A stretch of 63,948 nucleotides of DNA, counting the filler, from Kipferlia bialata (Eukaryota), in NCBI GenBank assembly GCA_003568945.1. It is 5 parts of 5 records of this genome, joined end to end, with 100 filler letters (N's around TTAATTAATTAA, not from the genome) between each part and the next. Parts side by side here need not be neighbours in the genome. Positions count along the whole stretch, not along the records: positions 1 to 25,578 come from BDIP01000210.1; 4 more parts are not named here. One strand, 5' to 3'. Made by a program: the position numbers and the translations under genes. This document shows, piece by piece, positions 1 through 13,700 of this stretch. The notes beneath the pieces are model-generated. The model saw only the letters and a list, made by a program, of their open reading frames with translations, was not told the origin of the DNA and did not search any database. Within the stretch, counting starts at the first letter, position 1; the number at the start of each line of letters is the position of its first letter.

Positions 1-48
<48 letters not shown>

Positions 49-97
49 GAGAGTAGTTTACTTCACACCAACTCACCGCCTTGCTATCCACGGACAG

Positions 98-858
98 GGT
101 GGAAGAGAGCCGCCGCATCTTCATCTCTATCTTACGTGTGAGCTCCCAGAGCACCTGGATATCAGAGCACACTTGGACACTAGGCTTGGGATGATATATA
201 CGTGACTTTTGGAAACATAGTAACTGGGCACCTTGGCTCCCTTTCTGGCATCGTGGTTGATTGCCCCTAGCAGTCTGCCCCTTGTGAGGCCCCTGGGCTG
301 TCTGGGGTGGAGGGGCCTCCCATCTGCGGCCACACCCCTCTTCAACCCCACACCCACGGTGCCTATTGTAGAGGACACAGAGGCCCTGTGGTAAGGGAGT
401 GCGGGCACAGAGAGGTATAAGATGGCAAGCAAGAAGATATGGACCTATAACTGAAAGTGACATGCAGTCTGCAGCCAAACACCCGACCTGCGACTTACAG
501 TGGTGCCCCGGGGTAGACCAACCCTGGCACTAGGGACCTGGACATTTCTAGCTGGGGTGAATATCTCCATACAGACTCTATAAGTAATTATATGACCACA
601 TAAACACACCCCTCTCACCCTGTGTCCCCATAGACGTTGGAAGCAGTTTTGGTAGGGAAGGAAGCGCTGAGGCGGTCCGGGGATCTGGGGGTGGCGCGTG
701 GTGCTTGTGGTTCTGTGGTCAGGCTGAGAGACATGCACGCTGGATATATGTACGCCGGACTCACCCTCTGCATAACACATGGGGGAAACCTCAGCTGGAA
801 GGAGAGCGCCCTATCCTGTCCTGACATCAGCATCACAGACTGTGCAACCCCCATCTAG
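98..858 (+). CDS. 3' part of a spliced hypothetical protein (contig edge; exon structure uncertain)
   Basis: Acceptor-like CCCTAG (~270) and CCCATAG (~633) are followed by open frames, with donors GTAAG/GTGAA. Last frame ends at TAG 856-858. No recognisable domain. Confidence 0.25.
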
Positions 859-1394
859 TAGACATCATACACACACACCTTTAACCTGACCGACGCTAAA
901 GAAGCTGTTGCTCTCCCTGTACTGGTCCTGTTCAGTGAGACTGGGTGTTTCACATAAGACAAAGAACAAAAGAGTGGTTCACTCACCTTGCAACTTGTCT
1001 TGGCAAACGAAACACATTCAGGCCGATGTGGCTGCAGACACCGCCTCTGCATCCCAGGCTCCACTCAGCACACCACTGCTCTAGAAAAGAGAGTGGCAGA
1101 TCACTGGCCAGACACTGGAATATTTGAGTGAACCCCTTATTTGCCAACCTTCTCTTTTGCCTAAGAAGGCAAACTAAATGGTGCCCAGATCCTGAGAATG
1201 GTCAGCACATGGTCAGGCAATTGATATCGACACCAGATGAGGTACCCCCTTACAAGGAAGTGTGTTTCTCCCCCAAGGAAGAGTCCATTCAATAGAGTGA
1301 AAAACTATACTCATAGCAGAGGGTCCATAGAAAATCCGAAAGCTTACCGACAACCGTACTCTATATCTGACTCTATCACACTGTTGTTTTGAGC

Positions 1395-1913
1395 ATGGCT
1401 ATTCGGACGTATGAGTGTCAGAAGTGCGGCGATGAGGAGGAGAGTAATGACCCGGAGTGTGAGTGGCCTGTGAAGGTCTTTTGGCTCTGTCAGAAGTGCC
1501 GTCCAGCCCAGAAGAGACGCCCATCCATTGGCGTGGAAGGCGTTGTCGAGAGCCTCAAGGGTGCCAAGAGGGTTCCTCATACTCCTCAGATGACGCCCGA
1601 TAAGTCATCCAATGGCCCCAAGAGCCGTCCACTGATGAAGCGGGACATCGCCGAGTTCAGGAGGATGCTGGCCCGCTACCATAACGCAGACAAGGGGCGC
1701 CGTGATTATCTGTTTCCTGTTCCTCTTTTAAACAACAGCGACGTACCTGACTTCCCATTTTCCCTGGCTGTAGTAGAGGCCATGTCCCTCGAGGAGGTTC
1801 GTGCTCTTCTGGAGAGGTGTGAGGTGGTAGTACCCAAGTCTGAGGAGGGCGCCAGTGACCGGGAGAAGAAGGAGATGTATGTAAGGCTCTTCTCGGACCA
1901 CGTGAGATTATAA
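1395..1913 (+). CDS. intronless hypothetical protein with N-terminal CxxC...CxxC (CQKC twice) putative zinc ribbon
   Basis: Clean ORF from ATG 1395 (MAIRTYECQKCG...WLCQKCRP) with coding-like composition. It converges on the POLA1 3' end. Confidence 0.6.
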   Translation: MAIRTYECQKCGDEEESNDPECEWPVKVFWLCQKCRPAQKRRPSIGVEGVVESLKGAKRVPHTPQMTPDKSSNGPKSRPLMKRDIAEFRRMLARYHNADKGRRDYLFPVPLLNNSDVPDFPFSLAVVEAMSLEEVRALLERCEVVVPKSEEGASDREKKEMYVRLFSDHVRL

Positions 1914-2260
1914 CCGAGATATGTGGGAAGCCTTGTCTGTGATATCTAGTATCTAGATCTGGCCACGCTGATCATTTCTGTATTGTCTATCATCCTCCTA
2001 GATCTACAAGTTGTAGACTACAACCTCAGCACTGTCTCTATGTAACTCACTCCACTATAGAGTCCAGCACAGTGACATCCTACATCATGAATAGAACAGA
2101 ATGTATATGACAATGACCTAAAGAACAGAACTAGCTGTCAATGGACTCTTCTATTGGAGGCCACGAGACACTCGCATCGAACAAAACATGAAACAGTACA
2201 ATATGGCAAACAGTAACACAACATCATCATACAGAAAGAGCACACATGAAACCACCCGGC

Positions 2261-5200
2261 CTAGTTCTCTGTCTTGACATCAATGGCATCGAACTGGTAG
2301 GCCTCGAAGACCTTGGAGAGGTCGACATAGAGGAAGTCGTTGTCCTCAATGGCCTCCAGCACAGGCTCCAGGATGGCCTGGGCCACCTGCTTCACATCAT
2401 GGGTCATGCGCTGCTTCCCATCCAGCAAGGCCGAGGAGGGGGTCAGCGTGTCACGGAGGTAGAGCAGCTGGTCGCGCATGGCCTCGGGAGAGTATATGCT
2501 GGACCGCTCCCCCAGACAGTCCGGCATGGGGCACTTCCCGTTCTCCAGGAGGTCTCCACCCACAAGAGACCCCCTGTACTGGGCCAGACCCCGCATCAGG
2601 TCCTGGTACTGCCTGTGCGAGGCAGTGATCAGACTGTTCCGCTTGTAGTCCTCCACATAGAAAGAGCAGGAGGCATCATTGCAGGACGGGACACAGGCGT
2701 GGTAGAGGCTCTGCAGTCTGTGGACTAGCTTGAATGCGGCAGTCGCCCCCTCCACAGGAGTGATGGCTCTGTTACACACATTGCAACACAGCATGTCCTT
2801 GGAGACGGTCAGGGGGGCACTGGGCAGACCTGGGGTGGGGAACACGAACATAAATACAAGACCCCAAGAGTTACGAAAGTACATATCCTAACTGCAAGCC
2901 CTACCTCTGTCGACCCCCGGTGGCCACTGGATGCACCCCGAGCACTCCTCCTGGGCATTGCCGCAGGGTATGCGCAGGGGGACACACCGGGCAAAGCGAG
3001 TCTGCAGGTCTTGGGACAGAGAGGTGTCACCGTACACAGGCTCGGAGAAGCCCATTCCGGCATTCTGCTGGTGCTCCTAAACGTAAGTAAAGGTGAGAGG
3101 CTACACACAGAAACAGTGACACACATAACATACCCTGCTGAGACCGAGAGACCTGGCCAGGTCAACCGGGGATATGGTGTCAATGACAGCACACAGACGC
3201 GACACAGGGGGCAGGACCTGGTTGCTGAGGTACCACTCCAGATCGAGCTCTCTGCCCACCAATCCAAATATCGACACCGGCTCTGGCTTGCACCCTGGGG
3301 GCCCGTCGCCCTTGGCCATGAAGTATGTCACGACGCTGCCTGCGGTGGTGGACACGTTCCTGCCCTCCTTACGCATAGTAAGGGCCACCTGCACGTGGGG
3401 CAGGGCCTGAGGTGAGAGGAACACAGACATGCATAGGGCCTTTGACATCTGTATCACAGAGACACATACACATACCTTCACATCTGCATAGCCACTGGGA
3501 TCTCTGCTCAGCTGCTTCGAGATGCCGTAGATGCCGAGGTAGGACGGCAGCCGCTGCGTCTCCGGGTCTGGCTGTATGACTCCACTTGCCTGTTTCCTGA
3601 CCTTTTCCGACACAGTGTTGAGGGTGCGGTAGACCTACTGTTAGACAGGGTAGAAAGGGTACAAGTATACTCAGGGCCCCAACCCCTTGCCATACACATA
3701 TTGTGGACCCACCTCCATGGCGATGTCGACGTTGCTGGTCTCCCCCTCCGCGTCACTGCGCTGCAGAATGATGTTGAGCACCATCTTACCGGCACTCTTC
3801 GACAGCTTGCACCAGTCACGCCTGGATGAGCCTCAGAGAGGGAATACAAATGTGAGACAATACATAGATACAAGGAACAATAATTACCAAAGCCACTGCA
3901 CTGACACCCACCTGACGAGGTCGAGCCCCTTCATCTCCACCACCTTGTGGAGGGTCTGCCTCCCCTCGGCATTCAGCCGGTAGTCCACCTTGACAGCGGC
4001 GTACTTCTTCTTCCTAATAGTGAGACAATGTACATTAACCAATCCCTAAATAGAATGACCGGTCATATGGGCGAGACTACAGCATAGCATAGCGTACTTG
4101 AGCAGCAGGAACCGTGCAAAGATGTAGTCGAGGCCCAGCTCTAGCACGTTGTGTGTGTCCTTGACCGAGGCCGACACATCATGGCAGATCTTGTCGATGG
4201 CGGCCTTGTTGGCCACAGTCACAGGCATGCCCACATTCACCATGATACTGTCGGTGTCTCCGTACACAACAGTGTGCCCCATCTCAATAGCTGTCCGCCG
4301 CACGGCCTCCAGCTCCTCTCTGCCGGCCTTGGTGGTCAGGGCAGCCAGGTGGGGGGCATAGAACCGAGCCCTGTGGGTGAGACACTGCCACCGAGATGAA
4401 TACAAAATGTATATCTAACAATGTACATCTCTGTCACAACACGGAGGATGTCCCATACCTCGTGTATCCGAGGGAACCATACATGGCATTGGCACAAATC
4501 TTGAGGGCCAGCTGCTGGATGTCTCTCCTGGCGGCCTGGGCGGTGTCGTTAGACTTGATGGCCTGGGGTCAGAACACAGACACACCATGAAAAGAAGGGG
4601 GACGGGTAAGAGAGGTGGGGAAAATCACAATAGACCTCTCAACGTGTGATGCAATACACACAATATCACCTGCTTCAGCTGCTTCTTGACCTCTCCTCTC
4701 CTGTTGACAAGACCAGCGAGGAGCTGGGGAAGGATGCCTGGAGTGAGCCAATAGCCATAAGGGGCGGAACAGGACAGAAATCATAAATTGTATCGTATCG
4801 TCAACCTCCGCCAGACCCTTGGATACCTGTGAGTTCGTCCTGGGCGCCCTCGTCAGACGGGACGGGACACTCGTCGGAGGCAGGGGGGATGGAGGTGAAG
4901 CAGAGGTTGCGCTCCCTGATGAGCGAGGGGTACAGAGAGTTGAAGTCCAGCACGACCACGCCATCGGTGTACAGGCCTGGGACCGGCTCCAGCACAAGAC
5001 CTCCCTTGTACTGGGGGCCCTTGGCATCGGCCCCCTTCTCGCCCTTCTTCCTCTCGACCGGCTTGTCGGGACAAATGTACCCACGCCTGACAGTAAGGGA
5101 GAAGGGGAGGAAAGTAGACACACCCATGCCCATATACTATTTGTCTATACACTATCTCCCCCTCTGCAATGAATACACATTCATATACATATTCATATTC

Positions 5201-7759
5201 ATATACATATACACATTCACATTCATATTCATATACATATACCTTGTGAATGTGTGCAGCAGCATGGACTCCAGCCTCTCAGCACGTCCAGAGGTCAGGA
5301 CGCGCTGCCAGTGGTGCCCAGTGAGACAGGCAATCTCCCTAGAGGGTCAGACAAGTGTATATACGTGTCTGTGTAGCAGAGAATAGGCAGTATACATAAC
5401 CAAGATATGAATAGAGGTGTCCTGTCTTTCCCAGCATCCTTGCCCTACCTAGTGAGTGGGAGGACGGACAGGGAGTGAGCGATGTCCAGGGTGGCATATG
5501 TAGCCGACACAGCCTCGGCCATCAGTCTCTGCACGGACTGAGAGTTGACCAGCAGGGTCTGGATCTGGTAGTCGTCTGTCAGCAGCAGCCTCTGCTTCAG
5601 AAGGGCAGACGTCAGGGCAGGCAGCGTGTACTGGGGCTGCACCCTAGCATCAATAGAGTCATGACATGGGAAGAGATAAAACAACAGGCGGTCAGGACAT
5701 CCAAAAACACACTCCTGACTGAGAACCCATACTCCACCACCCACCTGAACTCCTCGGTGGCATGGGCTGCGGACACGAGAAGCCGGCCAAAGGTGCCTAT
5801 GCTAGCCAGCAGGGGCGCTCTGTTCTCCACAAACAGATCCGGCGACGGGATGTTCCCCCTGAGCCTGCCCAGCATCCAGCCCCAGCTCGGGAGGTGGGTC
5901 CGCTTGGACCCCTTCTTGTCGCTGTCCCTGACGCCCCAGGTGGCAAGGACCCTGTCGTGAGATGGGATGATACGTGACATGGAGGGTATGGCAGAGACGA
6001 TGCCCCTTACCTCTTGTAGAACGTGAGGATTGTCTTGGGGGCGTCGTGCATGATTAGCACATCGGGGTTCAGAGAGTCGATGTAGCTGGTCAGGCTCTTG
6101 AGCAGGTTCTTCTCCGAGTCGAGGAGGTAGTAGCCAACGCCATGGTAGCTCCTCTTGATGGGGGGTCCCAGGGCCTCTGCGTCGTGGAGGCCCTCTGTCT
6201 GTGCCCCCTCCTCCCTCCTGATGTCTGGCAGGGGGGTCGACAGGATGCACTTGGCTCTGCCCCGCCTGGTGCCCTTGGCCGTGTCGGGGTCGGGGGTGGT
6301 GGTGCCCAGGACACCGCCCAGGAACACAGACACGTCGTCAGACCTGCACAGTCAGGGGGGAGAGTGGGAACATGTACTGAGTCTGACACTGATACTGGAA
6401 AAGGCATAATATGGCATTTCCCCCTACAGGCACACATCCCATGTGCCTGTATGCTACACCTGGTACATATATATACACACTATACCTGGTCTTGACACTG
6501 GGGGGCTCGGCGGGGGATGCATCTGTGTGGTACTCCCTGCTGTACACGGTGGTGATACCCACGATACTGCGCTCGAACGCCGGGGAGGCTGCCTTCCCCT
6601 ATATATCAGTATCAGTATTGGACATGAATCAGGTACTGTCATATATACATGTGTGTGTACATCCACATGGACCCACCTTCTTGGTCCTTTGTACGCAGGG
6701 CGTGAAAGCAGAGGTGAAGTGGATGGTGAGGGCAGAGAGGGGCGGGGGGGGCAGGGGGAGGTCAGAACGTAGGGGGTGGAGCGTGGAGTTGTCTCCGAGC
6801 AGGAATGTGTGAGAGGCCTGGGTGAGAGATGGATAACATGATAAACAGCAAATCCCAATTACTACCCTCTAGATGTGTTCCCCACATCTGTTGACATGGC
6901 ACACCCACCTTGACGCTGAGGCCTGCCTTGGTGACCTCTCCCGCACTGACCCAGCCTGGTCCTCTGAGTCCCTGCCTCACGAGGTAGTTGTCGACAGGGG
7001 CTGTGGTGTGGCCTAGGACGTGGGAGAACATGCCGCTGCCAGATACCGTCAGCCCCCCCTGGTTGGCCCTGCCCCTGGCCGAGTAGGTGACCCGGATGTA
7101 GGGGCACCACTGCCTCGGGAGGGTGGGGTCGTGGAACACATACTGGCCCCACACAACCCTGACGTTGAGGGCGGCCCGCTCGCCTGGGTGAGAGGTTAGA
7201 GGCAAGAGAGCATGGGATAGCTGGAAAGGATGAGGATAGTATCCCACGGTGGGTACACAAGGTGACCCTACCTCTGTTGGCCCTGCTGATTATGTTGGAG
7301 GCCTCATCTGCCAGTTTGGCCAGGACCTGGACGTCGAGGAGCTTGCTACTAACAATGAAGTCCCGCTCATACACTGACTCGTCCTGGCCACCCTGGCATG
7401 TCAGTAAACATGTATACCAGTACATATGTATACCAGTATATACATGTAGATAACGGTATCAGTATACCCACGTACTACAGGGGTGAACACCACAGGTTGT
7501 ACTGATACCTTGATCTTGGCAGTATCACTATCAGGATGGCAGTATCAGTATCAGTATCATACCTTGGTCATGGCAATGGCCGGGTTGTCCACTGAGCGCA
7601 GCTTGGTGGGCTCATACTGGGCCATCTTCTCGAGCTGGGCAGCCTCCCCTCCCTCCAAAAAGAGGCAGTCTCTGTACTCAGGGGTGGGCAGGAAGTGCAT
7701 CTGCCACTGGAGACCCTCCACACGCATGGCCACGGACTCGTATCTGGGTATCAGGACAT

Positions 7760-7793
<34 letters not shown>

Positions 7794-9483
7794 CAGTGCA
7801 CACACCACTCATACACGGGACAGATGGGGGAGGTCTATCAGTACCAGTACTGTCAATATATGTATATGTATTTGTATATGTATCAAGAGGACTCGCAGAG
7901 TAGTCATAAGAGGTGGGGAATATACATATGGACATATGGACATATGGACATGGTGTGCAGAGTACTAGCAGGGTACATGCGTAAGGACCAGCCCACCTTC
8001 CGCTCTCCCCCTTGGCCTTTCCAAAGACATATGCAGAGGAAGGGTCGTTGCGCACTGCCCAGCATCCCGTCATGTAGAGGTTCATGCCGCCATCCGCCCT
8101 CATGACACCAGTTGCCAGGCCGTGGGACTCCGTCTGACATGAGACATACACATAAAGGCCACGAACAGAGATAGGACAATGGGGGAGAGTCAATACAATG
8201 GACAGATCTCAAGATGGGTCACAACATATTGGCAAATAGTATATATACGTGGATCATTCGCATTTGTTACGACAAGGTAAACGGAAGAAAGACTGGACAT
8301 CCGACCGTAGTTGTTAACAACAACAAGTTCCCTTCCAATGTTAATAGAACCACTGAGGGAGGATACCTGACTGCCCTTGATGCCCAGGGGGGAGGGAGAA
8401 CGGGCCAGACGCTCTGTTTGGGAGACAGGGGCGTCGACAAGGTCATAGCTCTGACATGAGAGGGATTATGCTGATGGAAAGGTAACCCACAACCACCAGA
8501 CGAAGATACAACACTGACGCACCATAGTAAAGCCTGCTGGGGCTGGGAAAGAGGGCATGCTGGCCTTGGGGGGAGACATTGGGGCACGGGGGGGTGACTG
8601 ACTGGAGACAGGGGATGAGACAGTATCAGGCCGGGAGGGCTCCGGCTTGGTCTCTACTGCGGGCACAGGGGCCGCTGGTCTAGAAGGGACCTCAGCCTTA
8701 GCGACACGGGCAACGGGCTTGGCCTTGGGCTTGTAGGTGCTGACTGCCACAGCCTCTCCCCCAAGGCTGCTGAGCATCGCATTGTCATAGGCAAGTAGCG
8801 GGTTCTCGGTATCAACCTCGGGCGCAGGGGCAGGGGCCACCTTCAGAACCGCCCTCTTCCGCCTGCGAGGCTTACTAGCAATCTGATGTAAGAATTGGGG
8901 AAGGAACTAGTAAATAGCGCAAAGCCACCACATCCACCGTACCTTCTGAGAGAACTGCTCCATGATGCTGGAGGCCACAGCCTTCTGCACCTCGACCTCC
9001 CTGCCTGACCTCTTGTGCACGGCACTGCCCCCAGACGAGGCCCGAAGGAAGGATGTGGCAATGGCTCTCTCGGGTTCAACATGGGCTTCCTTCTCGGCCT
9101 CATCCTCATCCACATCCAGACCTCCAGCTGATATGAGAGGTTGAGTATAATAGCTAGTCCTATACCCAGCTCTCAACGTACCTGCCATGTCCGCATCATA
9201 CTCCTGCCTCTCTATGGCACGGTCCATCTCATACTGGGCATGCAGCTCTGGAGTCAGACACACAGCTACATACTAAATGTTCTATCTCACCTGCATCGGG
9301 TCTGTCGGACTCCTCACTCTCGCTGAAGTCATAGTCCTCGTTCCTGCCTCTGGTGTGAGTCGGTATCAATACAAGCACAGCTGATTTCTACGACGATACA
9401 TACACATACGGTAAAACACGAGGGCTGATGCAAAGGCTGTTGCACCACTACTGAAACTGTGCAAGAGAGGCTTACCTCCCCAT
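2261..9483 (-). CDS. POLA1: DNA polymerase alpha catalytic subunit (family B), multi-exon
   Basis: Motifs across exons: YKGGLVLEP..LDFNSLYPSLI (region II), QLALKICANAMYG (III), YGDTDSIMV (I), KKKYAA, KGLDLVRRDWC, ALPHVQVA, YLSNQVLPPVSRLC, and C-terminal Cys clusters (CNDASC, CPMPDC). First exon ATG GGG AG splices in frame to A GGC AGG AAC GAG GAC TAT. Confidence 0.95.
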
Positions 9484-10753
9484 ATTGATGTGGCGGCAAA
9501 CAGGCCGACTGAGGACTGAGAGAAGGAAACAGACCTGAGTGCTGTTTCTTATGATAAGGGTGTAGTAACTAAGGGTCCAATGCTTCAGAAGTCAAAAATT
9601 ATACTCAAAAACGCGTAACGATAATGAGTGAGAGACACAGTTACAGTTGTATTTGTGGAGATGCAAACAGATCTCTTCAGGACCTTTGTATGGGGTTGTG
9701 TTGGAGGAGGGGCAATGGATTCCTTTGGGGTTGTACAAATAGATAATCAGATATAGGAATACCCTTCACATCACGTCAGGTATCATATGGGCCATCGTGG
9801 GAGGTCATTGCAGCCTTCCCTTGATGTGCTAGAAGTACTACACACACGCTCCCTCTTGATACTCTTGATAGCAATTCAGTATAGTCTATCCGGTCGGCAG
9901 TCCCTGGAATTACTACTAATAGTGACCATTGTGGTGGTGTCTTGTCGTGTGTACCTCTGTGACTGTACCCATTCTACACCATCTAGGGGGGGGGGCTATC
10001 TATACCTCAGTACTATATACTATGAGTTCAGAGAGATAAATATGGACCGTGTATACCTGAGAAATAGTGTAAGAAACAATACATATTCCCGTGGATCCAG
10101 TATGCTGTGTGGTACTATGTTCTGGAAGAGTTGTCATACTCAAAGGTACCTGGTGATCCATACTACCTCCATATAGGCAACGTTGACCGTTTAGATCCAT
10201 GTTCTCAAACAATTCACCGCGAAGAGACATCCCAAGTGCCAGATCAATGCATATATATGTTAGGTAGTTAGTTAGGTGCAGAGAATCGACAGTTGGGAGA
10301 TTCTATTGCCTGTTGCACATCTGGGACCAACCTACACAATCCTACGTAGTCTTCAGCCTTGAATCAAGGTCCAACTATACAGTTCCCTATGATGGAGTCT
10401 GTGTGGCTGATTATAGCTGAAAGAGAGAGAGTCATGTGGTATTTACGTATACGTTTGGAAACGGCAGATAGGCTCGTTTGACAGTCTACAGTGCCACACA
10501 CGACTGCTACGAACTCCACAGCCACAGTACAGCGGTGATTTCAACTTCCTACACAGGGAACAAGATATCTTCTCCAATGGTTGCCCGATGCTCCTCCTGG
10601 GTGTCCTAGTCCCCATCGGATACTGAGGCAACTACTGTGAATAAAGGGTCTAGCAAGTTGACACAAAAATAGCAAGACAACAATTTTGGTCACCCTCCTT
10701 CAACACAGTGTAGTGTAGCGAGTGGGTTATCACTTTGTCTCTGGCAACCCAGC

Positions 10754-13700
10754 ATGAGTGGGTATCCCCCACCACATGGAGGGGACTACCCAGCCTTTGT
10801 GTGAGTACCACTACACTACATCATTTGCTCGCCGATGCTCCTCTACTGGCGGAGTGTACATGACCATTCATACACAACTATATGTCTTTCCCGTTGTCGC
10901 CGCTCACTCTCAGGTCGCAGGTTATGGAGCTGACTAATCAGCTACAGACCCGAGATGACTACTTGAGGCAGCTACAGGTAGCCTGTCACAGAAGTACACA
11001 CTCTTTCCCGCTTCACAGTGTCTGCTACATATCATATGATTACTGACTTCAGGCTGAGTATGAACATGTCCATGAGGCAGTGGGCGAGAGGGATCGGGTA
11101 TGATACCAACCTTTGGAGTGCATCTCTCTTCTATTACCACACTTCCCATGGTATTTTCCAGTATCCCTCCCCCTCACCTATGCACTCTCAGTGGCCCATG
11201 GTGACATAGAACGGCTGACATTGAGTGAGGCCGCTCTGAAGGAGAGAGTGGGAGACCTGACAAATACCATCACCGTGAATGAGGTATAGTCGGTGGCGCT
11301 CACATATGCATCAGTTCCACTCTTGTCTCTGTTCTCAAACCCAGGCGTCCCTAAACCAGTGCAAGATAGAACTGGTGACCACCCAGGCTGCAGTGGCGGC
11401 TCTTGAGACCGAGCGGGACAGATTACTGGCAGAGAGAGACAAGGTATGCTTCGTCTGCTTCTTGTATATCCGAGCATGTATGGCGAAGATTGTTATGTGG
11501 ATGCCCTATTCTTACGCATGTATTATGTTGATCTTGCGTGCTGAAATGGGATGGAGCATGGTGTAGCATGTCCCTCTACTGGGTATGAGTTCAATCCCCT
11601 TGTGCATCAGAACGCTATCCTTACCTGAAACCCAATGCACTTTCATACATGGACCTTCACTTCTCTATACATACCTTGCTGATAGTGCTCTTTAAGAGTA
11701 CCAAGTCTGTAGTAATGCTGGTATATTGGTCACTTATAGTAATATGTAATTGTTCTATCATACCACAGTATTGGGTGCACTGAGCGTGCTTCATAGAGGC
11801 TGTATATGACACTATTGTCTCTTTTCCCATGTATCTCCTACCCCTCTGAATCCAACATATATGTATATCTTCATACCCTGACCCCAGGCACAGGCTGCCT
11901 CTATCACAGAGGTCAGGGGCAGGGAACGGGCCCTTCTGGAGTGTCAGAAACAGTTGCAGGTCCAACACTATAGTAGTCAATGTGTATTGTATATAGGTGT
12001 ATTCGATTACTATATACAGCTACTATGAGGTCTGGTACAACAGTAAGACAAGCCATAGTATTACTTTGTTCGCCAGACGACTTTTGCGACTACTGAGCTA
12101 GTACTCATTGGTAATATACATATATAGAGTGTTGTACTCCAAGAAATCACTACATAATATATACACTGTGTCCCTCATTCTGATACTCCAGGCCGAAACT
12201 GCCGTGCGGCGACGGTTGGAGGCCTCTATTCTAGAGTCTGAACGGGAGAGAGACCTGAGTGATAGGGAGAGAGAGAGAGCGGCGGAGAAGAGAGAGAGAG
12301 AGGAAGCAGACAGACTCCGGGACATGGAGCGTGAGCTACAAGAGACCACCATAAGGAGGGGTCAGCTGGAGGATGAGGTCGAGGTGTGTGGATGTGCAAT
12401 GGTTGTATATGTGTCATCCCAGTACTACTTCTACCATTTACCGTGTATCTACTCATATCATAATATTGACGATCATCTATGGTCTCTTGACACTGCTCCT
12501 GACTCCTCACTGTCTAGGATGCCAACAGGGTGTGCAACGGACTGAGGAAGGACCTCCAGGCCCTGGCAGCACAGCTCGAGGCCAAGGGTGAGTCTGTCTG
12601 TCTGTGCACGGTCCCTATCTCTCCCTCTCTCTCTCTCCCTCTCTCTTCCTGTCTCTGTCTCTCCCTGTATCTCTCTCTCCCTCTCTCCTCCTGTCCCTCT
12701 CTCTTCCTCTCTCTCCCTGTCTCCCTCTCTCTGTCTCCCTCTCTCTGTCTCCCTCTCTCTGTCTCACTGTCTAGAGCGGCAGAGGCAGCAGGATGCGGCC
12801 ACCCACGCAGAGAGAGAGGCCGAGCACGCACAGGCCGAGAAGGGTTACAGGAAGGAGGCCAGACAGCGGGACCAGGCCATAGACGCAGCGCAGAGAGACA
12901 GTGCATCGTGCAGGGCACAGCTCGACAGGCTCAAGGTGGGGGTGGCTCTCGTTGGAGTTCCATTATGATCAGTGGCATTTGTAAGATCCATGGAATATGT
13001 GTCAAATACATTTGTTCTACTACCTAGATCATCATACACCATCTAACATCTTCAATACCATACATGGTATTGCAGACCCCCTAATGCCCATATGTCTGCA
13101 TGCTCTAATGCCCAGGAGGAGCTGAGGAGAGAGAGAGACCGGGAGCAGGAGAGGCTACACGCTGTGGAGGGTGTGGTTAAGGACAAGGCGGCAGCCCAGA
13201 GTGTGCTGGACGGGGTCAGGTACTAGTCAGGGTGTCGGTATACATATATATATATATACACTATGTAGCCCGCAGTGGTAGAAGGCTACCATGCATAATC
13301 ATGTACTCACCTATCCAGAAAGCAGGAGCGTCAGTTGAAACACCAGTTGGAGCAGGCCTTGCTAGAGGGAGAGAGACAGGTGCAGCAGGTGGGAAGGGTG
13401 TTCAGAGAGAGAGATATATACGTGCACTCGTAGCTGTTCCCACACACATTGTGCTACACATTGTGATACACATTGTGATTATACACATTATGATTATACA
13501 CATTATGATTATCTCTATACATATCCCTGTGCTGTTGCCCCCTCTGACCCCTCTGACCCCTCTGACCCCAGACTGTGTCTCAGTACGAGGCCAAGCTCCA
13601 CAAGACCAGGGCCTCACTGGAGAAGGCACGCCTCGCAGGTACAGAGTAGATTAGTATATGAGTAGTACATGAGTAGTATATGGTATCTAGTGCTGTTTGA

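Noticed and set aside
1..47. Long poly-G at contig ends (also 55746-55778, 61418-61454, 61558-61606) as G-quadruplex or telomere
   Set aside because: These are homopolymers at assembly breaks with unreliable length and no telomeric unit.
2261..9483. Family B polymerase as a sign of a virus or Polinton
   Set aside because: It is intron-rich with Pol alpha-specific motifs and C-terminal zinc fingers, and there are no capsid, integrase or terminal repeats.
9716..10626. Possible small gene between POLA1 and the coiled-coil gene
   Set aside because: I could not assemble a consistent exon chain or see any domain.
11545..11612. tRNA-like fragment (TGGTGTAGC...GAGTTCAATCCC) in an intron
   Set aside because: No acceptor stem or anticodon arm can be folded. 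It is only a loose A/B-box resemblance.
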